A stretch of DNA of 64,000 nt from a bacterium (GTDB taxonomy: Bacteria > Actinomycetota > Acidimicrobiia > Acidimicrobiales > CATQHL01): NCBI GenBank assembly GCA_026708055.1, contig JAPOVS010000021.1, forward strand, positions 10,451 to 74,450, written 5' to 3'. Under the pieces are notes generated by a model. The model worked only from the letters and a program-made list of their open reading frames with translations, had not been told where the DNA came from and did no database searches. This document shows, in pieces, positions 7,768 through 15,633 of this stretch. Both the position numbers and the translations under genes were made by a program. Numbering within the stretch: position 1 is the first letter of the stretch; each line of letters begins with the position of its first letter.

Positions 7768-8216
7768 GCTGGGCAGCGCGGCGATGGGGCACAGCAGCCG
7801 GCCCGGCGCCCCGGGCGGGTAGTTGTCGAAGGCCTCACAGGAGACCAGGACCAAGTAGGCGACACGATCGGACCCGCCGGGGCTGATGACGAGCTGCGCG
7901 CCGCCCCAGTCGTTGCAGACCAGCGTGTCGTTGCCGACCAGCGTGACCTGGTGCAGGTCCAGTTCGGTGAGGAACTCGGCGAGGATGGTGACGATCGCGG
8001 CAGGGACAGGTCGGTGCCGTCGGGCATCGGCGCGCTGTTCGCGCCGAACGGCAGCTCCGGGACGACGCAGCGGTAGCGATTCCGCAGGCCCTCGGTGACG
8101 GTGTCCCACAGGGAGCCACCCATCAACGCCCCGTGCAGCAACACCACCACCGGCCCGTCGCCGCCGGAGTAGGAATACATGAGGCCGGCTGACGTGGGGC
8201 CCTGAAGCTGCATCAC
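7768..8216 (-). pseudogene. alpha/beta-hydrolase 5' fragment A2 (N-terminal ~145 codons; frameshift plus 18-bp tandem duplication)
   Basis: MMQLQGPTSAGLMYSYSGGDGPVVVLLHG.. aligns to 1840-2268. One C is missing relative to the full copy near 7997. Tandem duplication gtcgttgc(a/c)gaccagcgt lies at 7909-7944. Confidence 0.85.
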
Positions 8217-8261
8217 GATTTCCTGGCCGTCACGAGTCAGCGCCGAACTCCACGGTGGCGA

Positions 8262-8567
8262 TCAGGACGCGAGATAGTTCGTGTCGTCCCGCACATATCC
8301 GAATCGTCGTTCGTCCAGTTGGTGGTTCCAGAGGCGGTGAGTCGGGACGCGCAGCGGCCACTGCCGAGAGGCGGACCCCACCCACGTGGCCGTCTCGACT
8401 CGCCTACCGGCGTCGAGGGCTACCTCGATTGCCGGAACCAGGTCGGTATCGGCCGAGACGATCACGGCGACGTCGTAGCGGTCGTCCCGGGCGCCGAGAG
8501 CGATGTCGATGGCCATGAGCACGTGGTAGGCGTTCTGGTAGTCAAGGAAGACCGCGATGCGCGTCAC
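8262..8567 (-). CDS. NYN domain protein, apparently internally deleted
   Basis: RIAVFLDYQNAYHV is joined directly to AIDIALGARDDRYDVAVIVSADTDLVPAIE. The usual ~90 aa between these NYN motifs are absent. Confidence 0.55.
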   Translation of the reverse strand: MTRIAVFLDYQNAYHVLMAIDIALGARDDRYDVAVIVSADTDLVPAIEVALDAGRRVETATWVGSASRQWPLRVPTHRLWNHQLDERRFGYVRDDTNYLAS

Positions 8568-8590
8568 CAGTCCATCACCTCACGAAAAAG

Positions 8591-8650
8591 ATAAGCCCCG
8601 CCATTCCCGGCTAGCCGGAAAGGCGGGGAGGAATGTCAGCATCTTACCGG
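8591..8650 (-). repeat. 60-bp hairpin repeat, copy 2 (terminator-like on the minus strand)
   Basis: Same element as 7284-7343. The inner palindrome ccggctagccgg is perfect. On the minus strand the stem is followed by CTTATCTTTTTCG. Confidence 0.9.
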
Positions 8651-8727
8651 TTTTTCGTGGACGCGCAAGTAGCTGCTGGGTGCGCCGTCTCATCAGGATT
8701 GCGACCGCGGACGCCTGGAGTCGTCGC

Positions 8728-9164
8728 GACGAGGACCGGGCCGGCGAAGCTGCGCTGCTGGTCGGCCCAGGCGAGCAGCTGGTGAGGTTTGGGGACGGTG
8801 CGTAGGTAGGTCGCGGCGGACCTTGGCGTTGTGGCGCAGCGGACCGATCCAGCTCCCGAACAGGTCCTCGGGAACCCGCTGTTTGAACAGGGCGCCGAAG
8901 AGGGGAGGGCTCGTTGCAGACCAGCGTGACCTCATGTGGGTCCAGTTCGGTGAGGAACTCGGCGATGAGGGTGGCGATCGCCGGCAGGGACAGGTCGGCA
9001 CCATCGGGCATCGGCGTGGTGTGCGCGCCGAACGGCAACTCCGGGACGACGCAGCGGCAGCGGTCCCGCAGGCCCTCGATGACGGTGTTCCACAGGGAGT
9101 CACCCATCAACACCCCGTGCAGCAACACCACCACCGGCCCATCGCCGCCGGTGTCGGAGTACAT
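8728..9164 (-). pseudogene. alpha/beta-hydrolase fragment A3 (internal ~200-bp deletion plus small indels)
   Basis: Aligns to ~1598-1775 and ~1982-2268 of the full copy. Homology continues upstream of the start codon to about 9225. Confidence 0.85.
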
Positions 9165-9228
9165 GAGGCTGGCGGACGTGGGCCCGCGAGCTGCATCCGC
9201 GGACCTCCTTGCCGGTGGGCGTCGTGCC

Positions 9229-10341
9229 CTATTGGGGATGCTGTTCGCGTAGCCAGTCCCGGGCGGCGTGGTGGGCGAGAGTGATGCGCCCCCAGCCTGC
9301 GGGAAGGATCATGCCGGCGCGTAGTAGTCGCTGCCGGTAGACGCCGGCGTAGCTGGTGGTGGCGCCGAGGCGGTCGGCGATGTCGGTGAGCTTCGACTCA
9401 GCGTCGTCCTGAGCCATCGCCAGTAGGAATCGTCGGTCCACGTCCGAGAGCGTTCTCCAGGTGGGGGCAAAGACCATCCGGCCAATACGCCGCTGAGCCT
9501 CGGCGATTCCTGCTGTGACGTGCTCGTCGGTGATGACCGGGGAGTTGATGTCCGCTTGCCAACTATGGAACCCGACGAGCTGGACCATGAATGCGTATCC
9601 AGAGGTTGCGGCGGCGGCGCGTTCGAGAGCTGTGGAGTCGATGGAGCGACCGTGCTGGCTGATCGGTTCGGCGATGGCGCGCCGGGTCGCCTGCGGGTTC
9701 AGTCGGTCGATGTCGTAGCGAGAGCAGCGTTGCAGGAACGTGATGGCGTCGTCGGAGAGCAGGGTGTCCTCGATCTGGGGAAGGGCGGCGCCGATGAACG
9801 CGACCGGCCGCTCCTCGCGGCGCGACACATGCTGGAGGACCGAGCCGAACTCGCGGATCTCGTCGACGTCGCCACTCTGCATCTCGTCGACGGTGATCAA
9901 CAAGCCCGTCTTTTGCTCAGCGAGAGCGTCGCCGAGATCGGACAGGGCTCCCCGGAGGTCGTACTCGGCTTGGGGTGTTGGGACGGTCGCGAGTCCGACG
10001 CCGAACCCTGCGGCGGTCGCGCTGCTGAGGCGGCGCTTGGGTTCCGCCGGCCCGATTTCTTCGAGGAGATCGGATGCCGCGCGGGTGAGACGATCGGAGA
10101 GTCCCACCGATGAGGCGCTGTCGGACCGCGCGAGCCATCCCCGGCTCCGGGCGAGGTCCTCGACGGCATTGAGCATCACCGTCTTGCCGGCGCCCCGCAC
10201 GCCGATGAACAGGGCTGTGTAGTCCGGATGGGTCGGACCGGCGGCGAGGGCGTCGCCCACGCTGTCGAGAATGGCGTCGCGCCCGGCAAGCACCGGTGGC
10301 GAGGTTCCGAAGCTCGGCGAGAAGGGGTTGCGGACGGCCAA
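9229..10341 (-). CDS. AAA-type ATP-binding protein with C-terminal winged-helix DNA-binding region
   Basis: Walker A GVRGAGKT, Walker B LLITVDEM, C-terminal SDVDRRFLLAMAQ..LTDIADRLG..YRQRLL. Start placed at TTG 10341 after GAGGAGAA, because the longer track ORF runs into an AT-rich promoter-like region. Confidence 0.7.
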   Translation of the reverse strand: MAVRNPFSPSFGTSPPVLAGRDAILDSVGDALAAGPTHPDYTALFIGVRGAGKTVMLNAVEDLARSRGWLARSDSASSVGLSDRLTRAASDLLEEIGPAEPKRRLSSATAAGFGVGLATVPTPQAEYDLRGALSDLGDALAEQKTGLLITVDEMQSGDVDEIREFGSVLQHVSRREERPVAFIGAALPQIEDTLLSDDAITFLQRCSRYDIDRLNPQATRRAIAEPISQHGRSIDSTALERAAAATSGYAFMVQLVGFHSWQADINSPVITDEHVTAGIAEAQRRIGRMVFAPTWRTLSDVDRRFLLAMAQDDAESKLTDIADRLGATTSYAGVYRQRLLRAGMILPAGWGRITLAHHAARDWLREQHPQ

Positions 10342-10391
10342 TCGGTTCTCCTCGCTGCTTGCGGCGCAACACGAGTCTAGCCGTTTGTGGG

Positions 10392-10436
10392 CTTTATGAT
10401 CTTTGTTTCCTTTATTAGTTTTGAAATCTTTAGTGT
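10392..10436. repeat. five phased 9-bp units (CTTTnnnnn) in the AT-rich region upstream of the ATPase gene
   Basis: CTTT/TTTT starts at 10392, 10401, 10410, 10419 and 10428, an exact 9-bp period. Confidence 0.7.
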
Positions 10437-10658
10437 TCGGGCCTCTACTGGGGGTTATATCGGATGGTGCCGACGCGGGCGGTGAGAGGATGTCGCCGCC
10501 GCCGTGGGTTTGCCAGTGTTCGACGTTCTCAGGGTCAGGCTTGCGGGTGAGGATCGCTCGGAGCGCTTCCTCCGGCGTCATGCCGTCAGGTGGGGCGATG
10601 GGCTCGTCTCGTGGTGGCGTCTAGGGTGCGGGATCCCCCTGACGAGAGGTGGACGCAG

Positions 10659-11057
10659 ATGCGGATCACATTGACCAACGTCATCGTCGACGACCAGGCC
10701 AAGGCCGTCGCCTTCTACACCGAGGTCCTCGGATTCCAGAAGTATCACGACGTACCCGTCGGGGAGTATTCGTGGCTCACCGTGGTCTCCCCGGAGCAGC
10801 CTGACGGGCCGGAACTGCTGCTCGAGCCCGCAGCGCACCCGGCCGCCAGGGCATCCCGCGACGCTCTCACCGCCGACGGGGTCCCATCTGCACAGTTCAC
10901 CGTTGACGACGTTCATGCCGAGCACGCGCGGCTGCTTGCTGCCGGCGTGGAGTTCGCTCAGCCGCCCACCGATGTCGGCACCGTTGTGATGGCGGTCTTC
11001 GATGACACCTGCGGGAACCTGATCCAGATCGTGACCCCGGCTCCAAGACCTGCATAG
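10659..11057 (+). CDS. VOC family (glyoxalase/bleomycin-resistance fold) protein
   Basis: MRITLTNVIVDDQAKAVAFYTEVLGF..TVVMAVFDDTCGNLIQI. ATG 10659 lies after GAGAGGTGGA. Confidence 0.8.
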   Translation: MRITLTNVIVDDQAKAVAFYTEVLGFQKYHDVPVGEYSWLTVVSPEQPDGPELLLEPAAHPAARASRDALTADGVPSAQFTVDDVHAEHARLLAAGVEFAQPPTDVGTVVMAVFDDTCGNLIQIVTPAPRPA

Positions 11058-11092
11058 CGGCGCGGCCGGAGTTCACCGTGGTGGGACGTCGC

Positions 11093-11308
11093 TCAATCGT
11101 CCGTCCACGGGTCGAGGAGATCGACGCCCACATCGGTGAAGTCCCCGGTGTTGCGCGTTGCCACCGCCATGCCGCGGGATCGGGCTATGGCTGCAATCTG
11201 GGCATCCGCCAGGGCGATCGGGTGACCGGCGGCACGGCGATCTGCGGCGATCGCCGCATACGCACGAGCCGCATCGCTGTCGAACGGCAGGACGCGACCG
11301 GCGAATCC
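11093..11308 (-). pseudogene. C-terminal remnant of a PIN-domain VapC toxin
   Basis: Hand translation gives VLPFDSDAARAYAAIAADRRAAGHPIALADAQIAAIARSRGMAVATRNTGDFTDVGVDLLDPW. The frame is closed by TGA at 11309-11311. No N-terminal half and no start codon. Confidence 0.6.
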
Positions 11309-11359
11309 TCACGAATGAGGGTCCCTCTGTCGGCCTCGATGGGCCAGACTTGAGGTCTC

Positions 11360-12091
11360 ATGAGTGCCGAGCCCGTCACGGATCGCATCTATCTTCGGGA
11401 CGCCGATTGCCGGACGTTCGATGCCGTTGTCGTGGCGGTGGAGGACGGCGGGCGGGTGGCGCTGGATGCGACGGCGTTCTATGCCACCGGGGGCGGACAG
11501 CCGCATGACACCGGGACGCTGGCCTGGGACGGGGGGTCGGCGGCGGTGACCGACGTGCGGGGGCATGGGGCGGTGGTGTGGCACACGCTGGAGGGGGACG
11601 TGCCGGCGACCGGCGCTTCAGTGCGGGGGACTCTGGACTGGGAGCGGCGCTATGCGCTGATGCGCACGCACACCGCGCTGCACATCCTGTGCGGGGTGAT
11701 CTACAACACCTGGGGGGCGGCGGTGACCGGGGGGAACATGGAGCCGCTGCGGGCGCGGATGGACTTCGAGTTCGGGCCGCTGCCGGAGGGGTTCGGCGCC
11801 GAGGTGGCCGAGCTGGTGAACGCCGAGATCGCCGCCGACCGCCCGGTGGAAGTGTCGTTCTGGCCGCGGGCCGCCGCGCTGTCCGACGCGGACCTGATCC
11901 GCACCAAGGTGAACCTGATCCCCGAGTCGGTGACCGAGATCCGGGTGGTGGACATCGTGGGCCTGGACCGCCAGGCCGACGGCGGCACCCACGTGGCCTC
12001 CACCGCCGAGGTGGGCCGCTTCGAGGTCACCAGGACCGAGTCCAAGGGCAAGGCCAACAAGCGCCTGCGCATCGCCCTCAGCGACGCCTGA
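11360..12091 (+). CDS. AlaX-type alanyl-tRNA editing protein
   Basis: FYATGGGQPHDTG, RTHTALHIL and DRQADGGTHV match the Ala/Thr-tRNA synthetase editing-domain His/Cys motifs. Confidence 0.8.
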   Translation: MSAEPVTDRIYLRDADCRTFDAVVVAVEDGGRVALDATAFYATGGGQPHDTGTLAWDGGSAAVTDVRGHGAVVWHTLEGDVPATGASVRGTLDWERRYALMRTHTALHILCGVIYNTWGAAVTGGNMEPLRARMDFEFGPLPEGFGAEVAELVNAEIAADRPVEVSFWPRAAALSDADLIRTKVNLIPESVTEIRVVDIVGLDRQADGGTHVASTAEVGRFEVTRTESKGKANKRLRIALSDA

Positions 12092-12148
12092 GGCGAGCGC
12101 TGAGCCCGATCCTGGCGGCCTCCCCGGCCTCCGGTTCCGAACCACGAA

Positions 12149-12240
12149 CTGCTCGGATTACGAACGCAAAGGTGCTCGGATTCCGAAAGAAATAGTGCTC
12201 GAATTGCGAAAGTTCAGTGCTAGGGTTGTGCGGTGATGGA
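12149..12240 (+). repeat. about four degenerate tandem 22-23-bp repeats ((C/G)TGCTCGGATTxCGAA..)
   Basis: Units start at 12149, 12172, 12195 and 12217. Each contains a near-palindrome (TCGGATTCCGA, TCGAATTGCGA). The array abuts or overlaps the start of the next gene. Confidence 0.75.
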
Positions 12241-13492
12241 TCGTGTCGTGCGTCGTGTGCTGGGGCTGGTGCTGGCTCGGCTTGCTGAGGAGCCGGTGGT
12301 TGCGCTGCAGGGGCCGCGCACGGTCGGTAAGTCGACGCTGCTGGGTGAGGTCGCCGCCCGGCACGGCGTCGCGGTAATCGACCTCGATGAGCCGGCGGTG
12401 CGTGACGCGGTGAGGGCGGATCCGGGAACCTTCACAGCAGGTGCGCCGCCCGTGTGCATCGACGAGTTCCAGAAGGCTCCCGTGGTGCTCGACGCCATCA
12501 AGGCCGAACTCAACAGGCGCCTGGGGCCCGGCCGCTTCGTCCTCTGTGGCTCGACCCGATTCGACGCGCTGCCCCGTGCCGCGCAGGCCCTCACGGGACG
12601 TATCCACGTCATCGATCTGCTGCCGTTCTCCCAGGGAGAGATGGACGGTCGCGTGGAGGGCTTCCTTGCCGTGGCGATGACCACGCCCGACCTGCTGGTG
12701 AGTGCGCGTCGCTCGGCGACGAGCCGCGACGATTACATCGAACGGATCTGCCGCGGCGGGCTGCCGCTGGCCGTCGCCCGGCAGGCCGAGTCCCGCAATC
12801 GCTGGATCGATGACTACGTACGCGTCTCTCTGGCCCGCGACGTGACGGAGTTGGCGAGAATCCGCCAGGGGGCGCTGCTGCCGGCGCTGCTGCGGCGCCT
12901 CGCCGCGCAGACGGGGCAGGTCCTCAACATGGCCACTGCCGGCAGGGGTGCGGGTCTCGACCCCCGCACTGCCGAGACTTACACCAAGCTGCTGGAGGAT
13001 CTGTTCCTCGTGCGGCGTCTGGGAGCGTGGGGGCGCACTCTGCGGGCGCGCACCGCCGCGACCCCGAAGATTCACGTTCTCGACAGCGGTGTGGCGGCGC
13101 GGCTGCTGGGTCTGAGCCCGGCGAGGTTGGGGCGGCTCGATCCGGCTGCGCTGAGCGAGTTCGGGCACCTGCTGGAGACCTTCGTCGTGGGCGAACTCCT
13201 CAAGCAGGCGTCCTGGACCGGCGACATCGCCGGCGTCGGCCATTGGCGGACCCACGACGGCCACGAGGTCGATCTCGTCATCGAGCACCACGACGGCTCG
13301 GTCACCGCGTTCGAGGTCAAGTCCGCCGCACGGGTCACCACGCGGGACCTCCGGGGCCTGCGAACCCTCCGGGATGCCCTAGGGGAGGGATTCAACAGCG
13401 GGATCGTCCTGCACACCGGCGAACTCACCTACCGACTCGACGACCGGATCATCGTCGCGCCCATCGACCTGCTGTGGAGCGAGCACCGCTGA
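12233..13492 (+). CDS. ATP-binding protein (AAA_14 + DUF4143 family)
   Basis: LQGPRTVGKSTL, CIDEFQKAP and the C-terminal HWRTHDGHEVDLVIE..AFEVK restriction-endonuclease-like end typical of DUF4143 proteins. Confidence 0.8.
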   Translation: MMDRVVRRVLGLVLARLAEEPVVALQGPRTVGKSTLLGEVAARHGVAVIDLDEPAVRDAVRADPGTFTAGAPPVCIDEFQKAPVVLDAIKAELNRRLGPGRFVLCGSTRFDALPRAAQALTGRIHVIDLLPFSQGEMDGRVEGFLAVAMTTPDLLVSARRSATSRDDYIERICRGGLPLAVARQAESRNRWIDDYVRVSLARDVTELARIRQGALLPALLRRLAAQTGQVLNMATAGRGAGLDPRTAETYTKLLEDLFLVRRLGAWGRTLRARTAATPKIHVLDSGVAARLLGLSPARLGRLDPAALSEFGHLLETFVVGELLKQASWTGDIAGVGHWRTHDGHEVDLVIEHHDGSVTAFEVKSAARVTTRDLRGLRTLRDALGEGFNSGIVLHTGELTYRLDDRIIVAPIDLLWSEHR

Positions 13493-13493
13493 C

Positions 13494-13907
13494 GTGATCG
13501 CAACGATCGTTTCGGTCGGCTACCAGGGGCGCAGCGTCGACGAGTTGATCGACGTGCTCCGGGCCGGCGCGGTGAAGCTTCTCGTCGATGTCCGTCTGAA
13601 CCCGATCTCGCGCAAGGCGGGATTCTCCAAGAACCCGCTGAGCCAGGCCCTCGCCGAAGCCGGCATCCGGTACCGCCACGAGCGGTCGCTCGGGAACCCC
13701 CGGGACAACCGTGACCCGTTCGACCGGGAGCGGTGCGAGGCCTATCTAGTGGCGAACGGCTCCGAGGTGCTTGCCGAGATCATGGAGTTGGCCAGGTCCA
13801 CCCGGATCGCCCTGCTGTGCTACGAGCGCCAACACCGCGACTGCCACCGCTCGTGCATCCTGGATGTCGCCGCGCAGCAGCACGCCGTCCGTGTGCTGAA
13901 GTCGTGA
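13494..13907 (+). CDS. DUF488 family protein
   Basis: SVGYQGRSVDELIDVL..LLVDVRLNPISRKAGFSK..ALLCYERQHRDCHR. GTG start lies 1 nt after the upstream stop. Confidence 0.75.
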   Translation: MIATIVSVGYQGRSVDELIDVLRAGAVKLLVDVRLNPISRKAGFSKNPLSQALAEAGIRYRHERSLGNPRDNRDPFDRERCEAYLVANGSEVLAEIMELARSTRIALLCYERQHRDCHRSCILDVAAQQHAVRVLKS

Positions 13908-13979
13908 CCAGCCCAGGAGCGGCGGCAGCCGGGCAGCCGAGGCTCGGCGGCTGGGAGCGGCCGTGTACCTCCGCGCCGA

Positions 13980-14747
13980 CTACACGCAGCCCAAGGCGTC
14001 GCGCACGGCGGTGATCCCGTCGAGCACATAGGTGGCAGAGCCGCCGTCGCCGATGTCGCTGCCCGGGACGTAGTCGACGTACAGCGTCCCCCCCGATGCT
14101 GCCTGGATTACGCGTGCGATGAAGTTGCTATCGGGGTCCGCGAACAGGGTGCTCGCCGATTCCTCGTTGCTCCACCAAGTGTAGAGATCCGTCTCTGGTG
14201 ATTCCCATTCCGCCAGCCGGTAGGCGAGGCTAGACGAGTCGTTGTCGTAGTCGTTGAAGATCAGAAGGCTCGTACCGAAGAACACCTCCAAGGTGGTGCC
14301 TGTGCAGCGAATGACCAGGAAGTGCGGGCTCTCCCACTCATAGCCGGAGTCTGACTCTGCGGCGAGGGCGTAGCCCTCGAAGTTGCCTGCCGTGTTCGCG
14401 CCATCGAAGAATTCCCACCCGCCTGTCCCCGCTGTTCGAGCTGTGGTGTTGGTCGTGGTGTCGCCGCCAGCGGGCGAGGAGGAGCTCTGGACGCGGACGG
14501 GCCCGGTGTAGTACCACTCCCCGACCGGGGCGTCGGCAGCCAGGTGGCGGGGGCGAGGGAGGCGTTGGCCAGCCCAAGAGCCGTCCGGTTGCTGGTACTG
14601 CCACCCCAACTCGACACGACCATCCGCGAGCGGCCGAGCCATGATGCGCACGGTCCTGGAGTTGGGTTCTTGGCCGCCCACCGCCGTGGCTGGCAGGAGA
14701 ACAGCGAGCGCCGTCAGGGCGACGAATGCGGGGGCGAGGCGTTTCAC
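13980..14747 (-). CDS. secreted hypothetical protein
   Basis: Signal-peptide-like VKRLAPAFVALTALAVLLPATAVG. GTG 14747 lies after AAAGGA. The N-terminal module RIMARPLADGRVELGWQ..RLPRPRHL is shared with the 19452 gene. Confidence 0.65.
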   Translation of the reverse strand: MKRLAPAFVALTALAVLLPATAVGGQEPNSRTVRIMARPLADGRVELGWQYQQPDGSWAGQRLPRPRHLAADAPVGEWYYTGPVRVQSSSSPAGGDTTTNTTARTAGTGGWEFFDGANTAGNFEGYALAAESDSGYEWESPHFLVIRCTGTTLEVFFGTSLLIFNDYDNDSSSLAYRLAEWESPETDLYTWWSNEESASTLFADPDSNFIARVIQAASGGTLYVDYVPGSDIGDGGSATYVLDGITAVRDALGCV

Positions 14748-14839
14748 GGCCAGTCCTTTCGGGCGAGAACTCAACGGCGCGAAAACGAGCCGCAGCGAAA
14801 GGATGGGGCCTCAGGGTCTGGTGATATCCTCTTGGCTCA

Positions 14840-15043
14840 GTGAAGACATCTGTCGAAGTAGATCGAGATATTGCTGCGCAGGCGGCGGAGATTCTTGGCA
14901 CGACGACGCTGCGCGACACCATCGATGCCGCGCTGCGGGAGATCGTCAACGCGCGGCGCCGGCTGGAAGTTGTGGCACTCTTGGCCGAGGAGGGCCGGTT
15001 CGATTTCGGGGCAGCCGAGCGGGCGTGGGGCCGGTGGCGGCTA
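14840..15043 (+). CDS. vapB: VapB-type antitoxin; no in-frame stop before vapC
   Basis: MKTSVEVDRDIAAQAAEILGTTTLRDTIDAALREIV.. The ORF formally runs to 15367, out of frame over vapC. A TAG at 15042-15044 is 1 nt out of frame. Confidence 0.55.
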
Positions 15044-15044
15044 G

Positions 15045-15464
15045 GTGGCACGGGCCACCTTCCTGGCCGACACGAGCGTCCTCGCCCGCCTCTCCAAGCT
15101 GGCGGTGGCGACTGCGGTGTCCCCGTTGATCTTCGACGGGGACGTGGCCGTCTGCGCGCCTGTGGTCTTCGAGCTCGGATTCAGCGCCCGGAACGGCGCG
15201 GATCACGAAGCGTTGCTGAGCCGGATGGACGCCTTCGAGTCGGTTCCGGTCACCGACGGCGCCCATCGACGATCCATCGACATCCAGGGCCGGCTCGCCG
15301 AGCAGGGCGGACACCGGGCGATCTCGCTGGTGGACGCCCTCGTGGCCGCTGTCGCGGAGAGCCGTGACCTGACGGTGCTGCACTACGACGCCGACTTCGA
15401 GGCCATTGCCCGCATCACCGGCCAAGCCCACCGCTGGGCGGCGGAGCGGGGCACGGCGGATTGA
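15045..15464 (+). CDS. vapC: PIN-domain toxin VapC, copy 1
   Basis: FLADTSV..ELGFSAR..LVDALVAAVAE..LHYDADFE. GTG start immediately after TAG. Confidence 0.8.
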   Translation: MARATFLADTSVLARLSKLAVATAVSPLIFDGDVAVCAPVVFELGFSARNGADHEALLSRMDAFESVPVTDGAHRRSIDIQGRLAEQGGHRAISLVDALVAAVAESRDLTVLHYDADFEAIARITGQAHRWAAERGTAD

Positions 15465-15633
15465 CACCCGCCCCGGCGGGCGCCGGTCAGGGACGATCCG
15501 ACTGGGTTCGCGGGCGTCCTCGGCGCTGGATGCTCACGCCCCGTCGAATTGGGGGTCAATGGCGACCGACGAATTCCCGAGAAACACGACCAGCACTGGG
15601 CTGGGGTCCCGAACGTCCAGCAGGCGTCCCTGT

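Noticed and set aside
7284-8650. 60-bp hairpin elements as integron attC (59-be) sites
   Set aside because: Their length is suggestive. However, I could not find the RYYYAAC / GTTRRRY core pair, and no integron integrase or attI lies in the window.
6462-9164. Repeated hydrolase fragments and the 60-bp hairpins as a possible CRISPR-like array
   Set aside because: The repeats are hundreds of bp long or present only twice, irregularly spaced by 1-4 kb, and are recognisable gene fragments. No cas genes are present.
13925-13955. GC-rich imperfect palindrome between convergent genes as a bidirectional terminator
   Set aside because: The stem is imperfect and has no flanking T/A tracts, so it is not supportable by eye.
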